DNA from: Bacteroides sp.
GTDB taxonomy: Bacteria; Bacillota; Clostridia; Lachnospirales; Lachnospiraceae
Length of the DNA stretch: 64,000 nt
Direction of reading: 5' to 3'
Assembly (NCBI GenBank): GCA_023666705.1
Contig: JAMPBO010000006.1
Span: forward strand, 32,461-96,460
Shown here in pieces: positions 48,311 to 59,900 of this stretch. Under the pieces are notes generated by a model. It saw only the letters and a list, made by a program, of their open reading frames with translations. It made no database searches and was not told where the DNA came from. A program made the translations under genes and the position numbers. The first letter of the stretch is position 1; each line of letters opens with the position of its first letter.

Positions 48311-48323
48311 AAGAGAGTAATCT

Positions 48324-49685
48324 ATGTTTAAAATTGATATACCTGACGGAGCAGGCTATATTATAAATGAATTAAATAAAAACGGCTATGAGGCATACAT
48401 CGTCGGAGGCTGTGTGAGGGATGCACTGCTTGGCAGAATACCCAGTGACTGGGACATTACCACCTCCGCAACACCGGGCGATATAAAACGCATTTTCAGA
48501 AGGACTGTTGACACGGGAATTGAACACGGAACGGTTACAGTGCTCACATATGAGTACGCTCCCATAACGAGCTATGAGGTTACCACCTACAGGATTGACG
48601 GTGCGTACTCTGACCATAGACGCCCTGATAGCGTGAGCTTTACTACAAGCCTGGAGGAGGACTTAAAGCGGCGTGATTTTACAATCAATGCCATGGCATA
48701 TAACGATGAGCGTGGACTTGTGGATTTATATGGCGGGTGCAGCGATTTGAAAAATGGAATCATAAAATGTGTGGGAAATGCAAGTGAACGGTTTGACGAG
48801 GATGCACTCCGGATATTGCGTGCAGTAAGATTTGCGGCACAGCTTTCCTTTGATATTGAGGAGGAAACAAGGCAGGCGATGAAGCGGCAGAGTGTTTTTT
48901 TGAAGGATATCAGTGCGGAACGGATACAGATGGAGCTTACTAAGCTTATTACATCAAAGCATCCCGAAAAGCTTATCACGGCATACGAGCTTGGCATTAC
49001 CTCCATAATATTACCTGAGTTTGACGCCATGATGGAGACGGAGCAAAATAACCCATATCATATTTACAATGTAGGTATGCACACAATAGAGGTGATGAAA
49101 CATATTCCGCAGACACCGGTACTCAGATACACGGCACTCCTGCACGACGTGGGAAAGCCAAACAAAAAACAGATAGGCAAGGATGGCTATGACCACTTTT
49201 ACGGACATCAGGAAGAAAGTCAGGAGATGGCGAGGCGGATTTTGCGTAGGCTGAAGCTTGACAATCACACCATCGACAAAACATGCCTTCTGATAAAATA
49301 TCACGATTTCGGCATATCGGAGGATATCAGCACAAAAAGCATCCGACGCTTTGTAAGTAAGCTGGGTGCGGAGAATTTTGAGGATTTTATGTATATCAGG
49401 CGTGCTGATATGGCGGGGCAGAGCGGTTACAGGCTGGAAGAACGAAAACAGACCGTTGAAAAAATCAGGGATACCTTCCGTACAATTATGGAGGAAGAGC
49501 AGTGCATAAGACTGGCAGATTTAAAGCTGAATGGCAGCGACCTGATTCATATGGGAATGACACCGGGAAAAGAGCTGGGTGAAACCTTAAAGTATTTGTT
49601 TGAGCTTGTGCTTGATTATCCTGAGCTGAATGAAAAAGCTAAGCTTACGGAACTGGTTCATGAGTATAGAAAAAAAACAATATAG
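48324..49685 (+). CDS. cca: CCA-adding tRNA nucleotidyltransferase with HD domain
   Basis: GGCVRDALLGRIPSDWDITT polymerase-beta head motif. HD motif HDVGKP in the C-terminal half. Confidence 0.85.
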   Translation: MFKIDIPDGAGYIINELNKNGYEAYIVGGCVRDALLGRIPSDWDITTSATPGDIKRIFRRTVDTGIEHGTVTVLTYEYAPITSYEVTTYRIDGAYSDHRRPDSVSFTTSLEEDLKRRDFTINAMAYNDERGLVDLYGGCSDLKNGIIKCVGNASERFDEDALRILRAVRFAAQLSFDIEEETRQAMKRQSVFLKDISAERIQMELTKLITSKHPEKLITAYELGITSIILPEFDAMMETEQNNPYHIYNVGMHTIEVMKHIPQTPVLRYTALLHDVGKPNKKQIGKDGYDHFYGHQEESQEMARRILRRLKLDNHTIDKTCLLIKYHDFGISEDISTKSIRRFVSKLGAENFEDFMYIRRADMAGQSGYRLEERKQTVEKIRDTFRTIMEEEQCIRLADLKLNGSDLIHMGMTPGKELGETLKYLFELVLDYPELNEKAKLTELVHEYRKKTI

Positions 49686-49747
49686 ATGCATTAAAATCCC
49701 CTTTTGGACATACAATTAACAAGATTGATGTGTGGAGGGGATTTATT

Positions 49748-50761
49748 TTGTCTGAGAAGCTTGCAGAGGTGTTTGAGTCATATGATATGACCGTGCACAA
49801 GGTTATGCGCGGAAGAGAATCAAACGTGTTGAAAACAGATAAGGGAGTGAGGCAGCTTAGGAAGTTGACAGTTGGTGAAAGCAGACTGAATACGGAGTGG
49901 CGGTTTAAGGATGACCTGTGCAATGTCGGCTTTGACAGTATTGACCGATGCATCTTAAATGAATCGGGAGAGCTTGTGACATATGACAGGTACAATAATC
50001 CGTATGTTATGAGAGAATATGTCGAAGGACAGGAGGTTAATCTCACAAATCAGGACGAGGTGGATTTGGCGGTACAAAACCTTGCAAGGCTTCATATCAA
50101 GGGACAGGAAATTTTTAAGACTACGGAGCAGGATGTACATGTGCGGCATGTGTGTAGCTTTAAAAAGCGGAATCAGGAGCTTAAGCGGGTATATTCCTTT
50201 ATCATGAGGCAGCACCAGAAAAAGAGCTTTGAGGAATTATACCTGAATTGCTTTCAATATTTTTATGGGCAGGCAAAGAAATGTGAGCAGGACTTTGATG
50301 TGGGGATTACGGAGGATATAAAACCCCACATAGGTTATTGTCATGGAATGTACAATCAGCACAGTATCCTGCTTTGTCATGAAAATGAGGAAGTGAAAAT
50401 ATTTACAACCAGCTTCGATAAATTTCATGTAGGAAACCAACTGGCGGATTTGTATCATTTTTTGAGAAAGGCGGTAGAAAAAAATAATTACAGCTTTCCG
50501 CTGGCGGTGAGGATACTGAAAACATATTCGGATATATGCCCATTGTCTGACAGGGATATAGAGTATATTTACATATTGTATGCTTATCCTGAGAAGTTTT
50601 ATAAGGTTAGCAATCAGTATATTAATACAGCAAAAAATTGGATTTCACCTAAAATGATGGAGAAATTATGTAAGATTATTGATGATGAGGAGAAAAAACA
50701 GAAAATTTTAATGCAGTTAAAGGATATAAATGCTTCACATTTTGAAAAATATCTAGTATAA
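49748..50761 (+). CDS. CotS/YutH-like (aminoglycoside phosphotransferase-fold) kinase family protein
   Basis: ~340 aa with a Brenner-like HGMYNQHSILL region. The start is set at TTG 49748 after RBS GGAGGGG. The GTG at 49730 is an alternative start. Confidence 0.35.
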   Translation: MSEKLAEVFESYDMTVHKVMRGRESNVLKTDKGVRQLRKLTVGESRLNTEWRFKDDLCNVGFDSIDRCILNESGELVTYDRYNNPYVMREYVEGQEVNLTNQDEVDLAVQNLARLHIKGQEIFKTTEQDVHVRHVCSFKKRNQELKRVYSFIMRQHQKKSFEELYLNCFQYFYGQAKKCEQDFDVGITEDIKPHIGYCHGMYNQHSILLCHENEEVKIFTTSFDKFHVGNQLADLYHFLRKAVEKNNYSFPLAVRILKTYSDICPLSDRDIEYIYILYAYPEKFYKVSNQYINTAKNWISPKMMEKLCKIIDDEEKKQKILMQLKDINASHFEKYLV

Positions 50762-50783
50762 TACTGTAGTTAAGGTGGGTATT

Positions 50784-52115
50784 ATGCGTAAAAATGTATT
50801 ATTACTTAGTCTGATACTGCTGCTTGTGCTTGTTTGTGGTTGCGGTGACTCGGGTAAAATCAAGGTTTACGACAACACGGAAACCTTGCCTGAGGGGCAT
50901 AAGGAAACGACAATGACAGCGGTTGTTACAAGGCTGGAAGCGGATAGCGATATCATTGAATTTATGGATTGCTATTCAGGAAAATGTACTGAACTTTCAT
51001 ATCACGGCGGTGTGAGTATTACCAACACCTACGGCAAGGACGTCGGTCTTATGGGGCTTACTTGTGGTAGTGTAGTTGATGTTGTGTATTATTTTGATAC
51101 AAGCAGGCTGGTAAGCATTGCCATGAACGAGAATGTGCTCAACATTGATGATGTAAGTAAGCTTAGTGTTGACAAGGAAAATTTAAAGGCTGTGTATAAG
51201 GGCAGGTCATATGAAATGTATGATTACGTTGTTGCTTTTGATGAAAATGAACCATTGGACATTATGGAGATTAATACGGAAGACAAGGTCACGCTCAGTA
51301 TATTTAACGGCAGGCTTATTTCCATCAGGGTCGTGGAGGGGCACGGGTATGTCAGGCTCTATAATCACGATACCTATATTGGCGGCATGGTTGAGTTGGG
51401 AAATGATGTAATCGTCCCTGTTACGGGTGATATGCTTGTTGCGGTACGTGAGGGGAGTTATACTTTAAGGATAAGCAAAAACGGATATAGCGACAGCAAA
51501 GACATCACGGTTATGAAGGACAATGAGACAAGGGTAGATATTGGTTCCATTGCAATACCTACGGGAACTGTTACAATCAATGTCACGCCTTCGGATGCAA
51601 AGGTTTATATTGATAATAATATAGACGAGGATCATGTTTTTACGGGAGCATATGGAGACTACAGTTTAAGAATAGAGGCAGATGGATATAAAACGTTCAG
51701 GGGTAGCTTTACGATAAGCGAACCGGCAAAGAGTTATAAATTTACGCTAAAAGAAAACAAGGATGCGACTACGGAGGCAACCACCGAAGCCACGACAACG
51801 GAAAAAGCAACCGATGGGGACTCATCGCCGAAAACCACGACTTCTTCAGGCAAGACAACAACAGAGACGACGGAAGCAGTTGAAACGAACAATAAAATAA
51901 CAATTAAAGCACCTGTGGGTGTGGGCGTATATTTAGATGGGGAATATATGGGTGAGGCACCTGTAACATTCCCAAAGACAGTGGGAACCCACACAGTAAC
52001 CCTGTATAAAACGGGATATTTAATAAAGAGTTACACAATTCAATCGACTAATAATGGTAAGGATGATGAGTACAGTTTTGCGGCGCTTACATCAGTTCTT
52101 AGCATGAATGAATAA
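50784..52115 (+). CDS. Lipoprotein with PEGA domains and Thr/Glu-rich linker
   Basis: Lipobox LVLVCGC. Two PEGA-like units (...VTINVTPSDAKVYIDNN...GYKTF; ITIKAPVGVGVYLDGEYMGEAPVTF...GYLIKSY). Linker ATTEATTEATTTEK. Confidence 0.5.
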   Translation: MRKNVLLLSLILLLVLVCGCGDSGKIKVYDNTETLPEGHKETTMTAVVTRLEADSDIIEFMDCYSGKCTELSYHGGVSITNTYGKDVGLMGLTCGSVVDVVYYFDTSRLVSIAMNENVLNIDDVSKLSVDKENLKAVYKGRSYEMYDYVVAFDENEPLDIMEINTEDKVTLSIFNGRLISIRVVEGHGYVRLYNHDTYIGGMVELGNDVIVPVTGDMLVAVREGSYTLRISKNGYSDSKDITVMKDNETRVDIGSIAIPTGTVTINVTPSDAKVYIDNNIDEDHVFTGAYGDYSLRIEADGYKTFRGSFTISEPAKSYKFTLKENKDATTEATTEATTTEKATDGDSSPKTTTSSGKTTTETTEAVETNNKITIKAPVGVGVYLDGEYMGEAPVTFPKTVGTHTVTLYKTGYLIKSYTIQSTNNGKDDEYSFAALTSVLSMNE

Positions 52116-52132
52116 ATTTAAGGAGGCACATC

Positions 52133-53860
52133 ATGGACTACATGAAGGAATACGAGGAATGGATGACCAATCCGTTTTTCAGTGAGGAGACCAGGCAGGA
52201 GCTGCTGGCAATCAAAGATAATGACAAGGAAATAAAGGAACGCTTTTATGCTGACCTTGAATTTGGTACGGCAGGATTGCGTGGTATTATCGGTGCCGGT
52301 ATAAATAGAATGAACGATTATGTAGTTGCAAAGGCAACCCAAGGGCTTGCAAATTACATTATCCATAGGAAGAAGCAGTCAAAGGGTGTGGTAATTGCCT
52401 TTGACTCCAGAAGATGTTCTCCGGAATTCGCTGATGTAGCTGCTTTGTGTCTTGCCGCAAATGGTATTAAGGCATATGTTTTTGAGTCGTTAAGACCGAC
52501 GCCTGAGCTGTCATTTGCAGTCAGGTATTTTGGATGTATTGCAGGAATCAATATAACGGCAAGTCATAACCCTCCTGAGTATAATGGATATAAGGTTTAT
52601 TGGGAGGACGGTGCCCAGATTACGCCTCCGCATGACGCAGGTATTATGAAGGAGGTTAAGCTGATTTCCGTGCAGGATGCAAAGACGATGCCGAAGCAGG
52701 AGGCAATTCATGAGGGACTTTATGAGATTGTTGGCAAGGAAGTGGATGACGCTTATATTGCCGAGCTTAAGAAGCTGGTAATCCATCAGGATTGTATAGA
52801 TAAATATGGAAGTGAGCTTAAGATTGTGTACACGCCGCTTCATGGAACAGGAAATATACCTGCGAGAAGGATTCTTCGTGAGCTTGGTTTCCAGAATGTA
52901 TATGTTGTGCCGGAGCAGGAGCTTCCGGATGGGGAATTTCCTACAGTCAGCTATCCGAACCCTGAGGCAGCGGAGGCATTTGAGCTTGCCTTAAAGCTTG
53001 CAAAGGAAAGAGATGCTGACCTTGTGCTGGCAACAGACCCGGATGCGGACAGGCTTGGTGTTTATGTTAAGGACAAGGCAGGTGAATATCATTGCCTTAC
53101 GGGAAATATGTCAGGAAGCCTTCTTGCTGACTATGAGCTTGGACAGATAAAGGCGACAAGAGGTTTGCCTGAGGATGGAGCGTTAATTAAGACAATCGTT
53201 ACTACCAACCTTGCAAATTCCGTTGCCGAGCATTATGGTGTTAAGGTGATTGAGGTTCTTACAGGCTTTAAGTTTATCGGACAGCAAATCCTTGGCTTTG
53301 AGCAAAAGAGGTCAGGAACATATCTGTTTGGATTTGAGGAGAGCTATGGATGCCTGATAGGAACCCATGCAAGGGACAAGGATGCCATCGTTGCAACCAT
53401 GGCACTTTGTGAGGCAGCAGCATACTACAAGTCAAAGGACATGACTTTGTGGGATGCGATGATAGATATGTATGACAAGTATGGATATCATGTTGACGAT
53501 ATCAAGACGATAACCTTAAAGGGTGTGGATGGACTTGAGAAGATAAAGAGCATCATGGAAATACTCAAGAACAATACCCCGAAGGAAATCGCAGGACATG
53601 AAGTGCTTTGGGCAAGAAATTATGACAATGACACTGCCATCAACATGAGGACAAAGGCGGTGCTCCCTACGGGACTGCCAAAGTCAAACGTAGTATATTA
53701 CGATTTGGCGGATGAGGCGTGGCTGTGTGTCAGACCATCAGGAACAGAACCAAAAATAAAGTTCTACTACGGAGTTGTAGGAAAAAGTCTGGAGGATGCA
53801 CAGGAGCTGTCAGCCAAATTTGGAGAAGCAGTAATGAAAATGATTGAGAACATGCTCTAA
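52133..53860 (+). CDS. Phosphoglucomutase/phosphomannomutase (alpha-D-phosphohexomutase)
   Basis: Active-site GINITASHNPPEYNGYKV. ~575 aa. Confidence 0.85.
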   Translation: MDYMKEYEEWMTNPFFSEETRQELLAIKDNDKEIKERFYADLEFGTAGLRGIIGAGINRMNDYVVAKATQGLANYIIHRKKQSKGVVIAFDSRRCSPEFADVAALCLAANGIKAYVFESLRPTPELSFAVRYFGCIAGINITASHNPPEYNGYKVYWEDGAQITPPHDAGIMKEVKLISVQDAKTMPKQEAIHEGLYEIVGKEVDDAYIAELKKLVIHQDCIDKYGSELKIVYTPLHGTGNIPARRILRELGFQNVYVVPEQELPDGEFPTVSYPNPEAAEAFELALKLAKERDADLVLATDPDADRLGVYVKDKAGEYHCLTGNMSGSLLADYELGQIKATRGLPEDGALIKTIVTTNLANSVAEHYGVKVIEVLTGFKFIGQQILGFEQKRSGTYLFGFEESYGCLIGTHARDKDAIVATMALCEAAAYYKSKDMTLWDAMIDMYDKYGYHVDDIKTITLKGVDGLEKIKSIMEILKNNTPKEIAGHEVLWARNYDNDTAINMRTKAVLPTGLPKSNVVYYDLADEAWLCVRPSGTEPKIKFYYGVVGKSLEDAQELSAKFGEAVMKMIENML

Positions 53861-53877
53861 TGAGACATGCACTCAAA

Positions 53878-53928
53878 ATAAAAACATCCCTATGCGTGCT
53901 TGCACGTACATAGGGATGTTTTTATTTT
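53878..53928. terminator. Bidirectional intrinsic terminator (long perfect hairpin)
   Basis: AACATCCCTATG-cgtgcttgcacg-tACATAGGGATGTT with flanking A-run and T-run. Confidence 0.75.
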
Positions 53929-54006
53929 GGAGTATATGGCGAAGCCATACACCGAGCGAAGCGAGGTGCATGTCTCATTAGAGGTAATGAGGCACCGCCT
54001 TATCCA

Positions 54007-54519
54007 TTACTGGAACGTAATGGAGTCTGCCCATGAGAGTATCTTTTCCTCAAGTCTGTTGAAATTCTTGGATTTACATGCAAATTCACATATCCAGAAG
54101 GAGTCGCCTTGCTGGAACATACAGTGAACGTAGGTGTATTTTGCTTTATCTACGGTTCTTGTGTTTGTGAAGTAATAATAATTATTTCTAGTCTTAAGTG
54201 AGTCCTTGGATGCACTGTTCAGTGAAATTATCTCATCGCAGTAATCCCTTAAGGATTGGATTTCATAGCCTGCATATTCAAGCTCGTGCGTCGTTTCCTG
54301 TACTGCTGAAAATACAACATCATCGCTCTCAATATATATATCAAAGCTGTTGTTTTTCTCGACGTGGAATGCATCGGTCAGCGTGATGGTAAGATTAAGC
54401 TCCGTAAAGTTCTTTGGCTGGTGACCACATGCACATAAGAGACCTGCCATGCATATGAGCAGAACAAAGAGAATCATATGCTGCTTTTTTAGGGCTTTTT
54501 GATAAAAATATTTTTTCAT
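54007..54519 (-). CDS. Hypothetical lipoprotein
   Basis: Signal plus lipobox LLCACG. 170 aa. Co-directional with the upstream 208-aa ORF, 30-bp gap. Confidence 0.45.
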   Translation of the reverse strand: MKKYFYQKALKKQHMILFVLLICMAGLLCACGHQPKNFTELNLTITLTDAFHVEKNNSFDIYIESDDVVFSAVQETTHELEYAGYEIQSLRDYCDEIISLNSASKDSLKTRNNYYYFTNTRTVDKAKYTYVHCMFQQGDSFWICEFACKSKNFNRLEEKILSWADSITFQ

Positions 54520-54549
54520 ATTGCTCCTGCCTCCTTAAATGAATATCTG

Positions 54550-55176
54550 CTATACAGGATTGCCTGAATCAGTGTTTGCCGATGCTTCTGTCTGACTGGC
54601 TTTTCCTTCTTCGATAAATTTTGAAATGTCAACCTTGTTGGAACGCATGATTTCCTCTAAACGCTCCCGCTCGGCGGCAGCCGTTCTTGCCTGATCAATT
54701 TCAGCCTGCTTTTTTGCCTCGTCCTCGGCGGCTTCCCTTGCAAGACGTTCCATAATTTCCTTTGCCAAATCCACAGACTCGGTTGACAGCCCTGATGTAT
54801 CAACGGTGTCGTCCCAGACAGCATCGGTGGCTGCTTGGGATGTGGCAGCGTCAGTCTGGCTGATATGTGCCGCCACTGTTTCATTTACACTTTTTTGCGT
54901 GCCGTTTAACACGCTTGCTAAAATAGAGTCGGTTGAAGCATCAGGTGTTGATTGGGCTTGTGATTTATTTTCAACAGGAGATATGGTATCCTGTTCCTTC
55001 TTTTCAGGTGGTATATATCCGGGCTCTTTTTCTTCAGGCCAGTAGCCATGGTGGGTAAGCTTATATACAGGGCGGTAAACAACACACCACCACTTGTAAA
55101 CGGTACGCTTAACCCGTGCGAAAAAAAAGTCCTTGTATGGGTCATTATCTGAGTATTTTGAATTCGGCTTGCTCAT
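54550..55176 (-). CDS. Hypothetical protein (aromatic/basic N-terminus, acidic coiled-coil C-terminus)
   Basis: ORF with RBS-like GGAGAGG upstream. No recognisable domain. Confidence 0.35.
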   Translation of the reverse strand: MSKPNSKYSDNDPYKDFFFARVKRTVYKWWCVVYRPVYKLTHHGYWPEEKEPGYIPPEKKEQDTISPVENKSQAQSTPDASTDSILASVLNGTQKSVNETVAAHISQTDAATSQAATDAVWDDTVDTSGLSTESVDLAKEIMERLAREAAEDEAKKQAEIDQARTAAAERERLEEIMRSNKVDISKFIEEGKASQTEASANTDSGNPV

Positions 55177-55273
55177 GGCCTCTCCTTTCTGATAAAACTT
55201 TTATGGCAAATAACTTCATGGTTATAATAACATTTTTATGCAAAGTTGTGAAGAACAAACTGGGTAAAAATAT

Positions 55274-56590
55274 TTATATCATTTTATTGGAATGCCGGAG
55301 TAGCAAAAACCCCAATATACAAACAATAAGCTCTGTTGCCGAAAATGACAGCCATACCCCTGTCATTCCCAGTAGAAAGGAGAGCAAAACCGCCATCGGA
55401 ATGACGATAAAAAATCCTCTTGACAGGGAAATTACCTGTGCGGGTATTGCCTGTTCCGTGGATGTAAAATAAGTGGAAAGTATAATATTAAAACCGACAA
55501 ACGGCATTGCGGTAAAGTACAGCTTAAGCCCGGCGGTTGCAATTTCCTTAAGGCACTCATTGTGCCCACTGTTAAACAGTGCAACAATTGGGTTTGCACC
55601 GAGAAAAAATCCAACATAAATAAAAACAGAGAGAATCAGCATGGTCCAAATGGCATATTTTAATATCCTTTTTGTTGCACCCGTTTCACCATATCCGTAG
55701 GCTCTGTTTATGATTGGCTGTATGCCCTGTGCCATTCCTGTGTAAATTGCAGTGATTACAAGCGACAGGTTGGCGACCACGCCATAAGCTGCCACCCCGG
55801 TATTTCCCTGCAGGTGGAGAATGATGGAATTAAACACGATAATGACAATTCCTGACGCAACCTCCGTAATCAGTGATGGAATGCCCAAGGGGATGGTATT
55901 TAAGACGAATTTAAGGGAAAGCCGCAGCCTTGCAAAATGAAGATTGCTCTGATTGGAAATCCAATGCTTTGATAGAATACACATGCTAATTACAGGGGCG
56001 AAGCCGGTTGCCAAAACAGCACCGAAAATGCCCATGTGGAGCGGAAATATAAATATATAGTCAAGCAGAATGTTTGACAGACTGCCAAGCAGCATAGCGG
56101 TCATTGCAAGTCTTGGATTGCCGTCGTTTCTCACAAAACAAAGTAAAACATCGTTCATCATAAATGCAGGGGAAAAAAGCAAAATAAAACGCAAATACGT
56201 TTTTGTCATATCAAAAACCACGCTGTCGGCACGCAGTAAAGCAGTCAGACCATCGGAAAGGAAAAGTCCGGCAAGCATAAACAATATGGCGGCTATGACG
56301 GTAAGATATAGGATGTTGACAAATATTTTGTTTGCATTTTCGTATTCCTTTTGTCCTCTAAAAATGGAATATTTGGTTGCACCGCCCATTCCAAGCATAA
56401 GACCGCTTCCGTGAACGAAGCTGTAAATGGGAATTGCCAGATTAAGTGCAGTAAGACCATTTGCACCAAGCCCCTTGGAGACAAAATATGTGTCGGCAAG
56501 AATATAGCAGGATAAGCCAAGCATGCCAAGTATGTTAAAAGCAACATAGTTACAAAATTCCTGAAATAAACTTTTTGGTTTCATCATCAT
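55274..56590 (-). CDS. MATE-family efflux transporter
   Basis: 12-TM protein with the duplicated MatE architecture. Confidence 0.8.
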   Translation of the reverse strand: MMMKPKSLFQEFCNYVAFNILGMLGLSCYILADTYFVSKGLGANGLTALNLAIPIYSFVHGSGLMLGMGGATKYSIFRGQKEYENANKIFVNILYLTVIAAILFMLAGLFLSDGLTALLRADSVVFDMTKTYLRFILLFSPAFMMNDVLLCFVRNDGNPRLAMTAMLLGSLSNILLDYIFIFPLHMGIFGAVLATGFAPVISMCILSKHWISNQSNLHFARLRLSLKFVLNTIPLGIPSLITEVASGIVIIVFNSIILHLQGNTGVAAYGVVANLSLVITAIYTGMAQGIQPIINRAYGYGETGATKRILKYAIWTMLILSVFIYVGFFLGANPIVALFNSGHNECLKEIATAGLKLYFTAMPFVGFNIILSTYFTSTEQAIPAQVISLSRGFFIVIPMAVLLSFLLGMTGVWLSFSATELIVCILGFLLLRHSNKMI

Positions 56591-56915
56591 TTCCTCTGCA
56601 TAAAACTTTTTGCGGTTAAATAAACAAAAGCGTCAGACTTTCCATCTTCTAAGACCTAACGACAGAAAGGATGACGCCAAATCCCTTTACCCGGTGGCAA
56701 AGGGCACGTTTAATATACTAGTATGTATTATACCGCTTTAATGTCAATATTACAAGTAAGGAACAAATGGATTGCATGTCCGCAATTTGGGTATAGGTAT
56801 CGTTCATCTCCTGAAACAAAAGTGGGCAGGACTGCCCACCAAAAGGGATTTTGAATTTGATAAAATATGGGGGAAACTCATTAATGATTTAAAAATGAAA
56901 AGGAGGATTTTACTG

Positions 56916-59900
56916 ATGAGGGTAAAAAAGAAACGGGCAGCCCTTTTGCTTGTCTTCTGCATGGTGTTTTCCTTATTCGTGGGAATACCGTTGAATGCAT
57001 CGGCAGAAGAAGGGGAACAAACGGGATTGCTTATCCAGGACGATATATACTGGGATAATGATGGTGTGCCTGCTTTGGAAGAAAATGCACAAACCAAAAA
57101 GGCGACATGGGCGAATGTATTATATGGCTTGACATTGCATCTCAGCTATATGGAAAGCGAGGGAGCTACAGCAACTGTAGTAAGCTTGGAGAACATTACT
57201 GTTACGCTTGATGAAGAGGATGTCAAGGAAAAAACAGTAAAAGCAAACGAAAAGAATAATGAAATGATAGATTTTACTTTCGATGCTGTTGGAGATTATA
57301 TCGTCACATATAATAATTCCAGTATCACTATCCATGTAAGTTATCCAACAATTGGCTTTTATACAACAAATATACCGTCTGTTGATAGCATGATAAAGGA
57401 TGAGATTCAGAAGATAGATGGTGAGGATAAAACAGTTTATATGATTCTTCACCGTGGAGGATGGGAAAAACTGGATTTAGGTTCAGTTCAGTATACAAAA
57501 GATGATGAGGAAAACATTGATGCTGGTTATTTTACAATAACAGGACCATCGAAAACGTTATCAACGGATCCATCTGAGTATCTGACGGAGGAAAATTATG
57601 TATACGAAATCCAAATAAATGAGGACATGAAAGAAAGTTTTTCGTTCAATGTTAAAGTAGACCTATATAGAGTAACTGCGGCTGGGGAGGAGGGAGACCT
57701 AACATATTCTTTTACGGATAATCCAGAGACTTCCCGGCAGGGTATCAATATCAGCTATAAGCAAAAAAAGGATGGACTTTTTGTAGTAGACTGGCTGGAT
57801 TGGGGAACGCCTAAATTAAATGATGACAGTTCACCTGTTCTGGATGATGAGGGTAATGCTGTCTATGAGGAAGATGGTAAGGTTGCTCCAAATCCAAATG
57901 CAATGCCATCGAAGGAAATATGGCAGACTATAAGTGGATGTTCACTGTATCTTGGCTACGCAGCAAATGAAATCGGCGAAGATGCCGCGATGAAAGATTT
58001 AACTCTGGCTCCGGTAACGGCAGAAAACATTACCGTTTTATATGAGGGAACTGCCGCAAAGGAAGACAAGGTGAAATATTATACGAATAAAAATTGGGAT
58101 GCAGAAGGCAACGAAGTAACGAACGATACTATAACGGATTTTGAATTTTACAGGACTGGAACATACACAATTCAATATACGAAGGATGATGTAACCTCTT
58201 CCGTTACAGTATATGTGTCCCTTCCGGAAGTGGGTTTTTATTCTTCAAACACGGCTTCAGAGAGTACTTACATGAGAGACGGAAACTATGAGAGAGGCAC
58301 GGAAAAAAGCTTTTATGTAATACCAAGACCAGAAAATGGTGAGGATGCAACAACCTATACTTATAAGCTCGAAACAGAAGAGGTTCCTGACGGAGCAGTT
58401 TATGTCGAGGTGGATGGAGCTGCACTTAATCCTGAGGCAGAGTATACTGATACGGCAAAGATTACCATTACTGCAGATGCAAGGGGTGGATTTGGTTTAA
58501 AGGCGAGGGGCGTCGCTACTCCTGCTGAGGGAGAACCATGGGAATTTGACTACTATATTTATTGTGAAGATACCTATGAGACCATTACGATTGAAGATGG
58601 CGTGGAGCATAAAGGCTTTGCAGGCTGTTTTATTTCAAAGGATATGTATGATGCTAGTCGCATGGACCCATCCCTTGCAGATACGACGTTGTACTGGGTA
58701 CATGCTGAGACCATGCAGGGCGTGATTGACAAATTGATGGAGACCGCAGAAGCAGGCACTGTAACAGTTAATGGAAAGTCTTACACAATTGAAAATACCG
58801 GATATATATGGGCAAACGTAAGCTATTTCCCTGAATATAAGGGAAATGCAACGAAGCCGCTATATGTAACGACATCAGATGTAGAGGGAATTTTATTTGC
58901 ATCTAATTTTGAAATGTACTATACAGAGGAAAAAAATGATGTAGGCAGCTATTATGAGGTAAAGCTGTGGGAAAAGAAAAATGGAGGCGGCGAGGTTACC
59001 GACGAGTATGTAAGCTGCCTTATGGATGATGGCAAATATTATCCTGTTACAAGAACCGGGGAAGAGGATAGCACTGAAAACCCATTGAAATTTAATGTAA
59101 CGACTGACGGAGAGGGAAAAACAGAAGACGAATTAATAGGTGAAGGTTACGTTCTAAATGAAGGGTATGGAATCGGTTGTCAGTGGCCGGAGCTGCATGT
59201 AGACGCTACGACAAATGTAAAGATTATTGGAGACTTTTCCGAAGCAGCAGAAAATAGGGCAAACGTTTATCTTGGACTTTACAAGGATTCTGATATTGTT
59301 TCCCTTATTGTAGATGGAGAAGAAAATGAGGACGGAAACTTTGACTTCAAGGAAATTACCAAGAATGATATCGGAAAAGCTGATATTACAACCAACAAAG
59401 GCTTGGTTGTAAAGGTCAATGAATTAAAGGCAACCATGGACGCAACCGTTGTGGGTAATTTCATCAGTGCTGATGCGGTAACCATTGAGGAGGACGGAGG
59501 CAAAGCACTTCGTGACAAGATTGCCATTGAGGAGTTATTTGCTGATGACGAGGACTTAAAGAAAGCAATTATAGATGGAGAAGCACTGGATGTATCCATG
59601 AATGTAAAAACCGTGGAAAGCAGCGAAACAGAGTCTGCTCCCGTAAAGGAAGGAATTAATAAAATATCAACCTTAATTGGCAGCGGTAAAAATAAGACCT
59701 CCAAGATTCAGTATCTGGATATCGGATTGCAGTATCAGGTTGGTACAAAGACAGGCGATATCGCAGAGACGAAAGAGGATATTACGGTAAGCATTGACCT
59801 TCCAAAGGATTTTGCAAAGGCACATGCGGATTTATCAAAGTCATGGACACCGGTTGTATACCGTTACCATGATGGAAAAGCAGAAAAATTGGATTCTGCA

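Noticed and set aside
56772-56915. ORF-track start at 56772 for the giant surface protein.
   Set aside because: The frame is open from 56772, but the only strong RBS and the signal peptide begin at 56916. The upstream 48 codons lack a start context.
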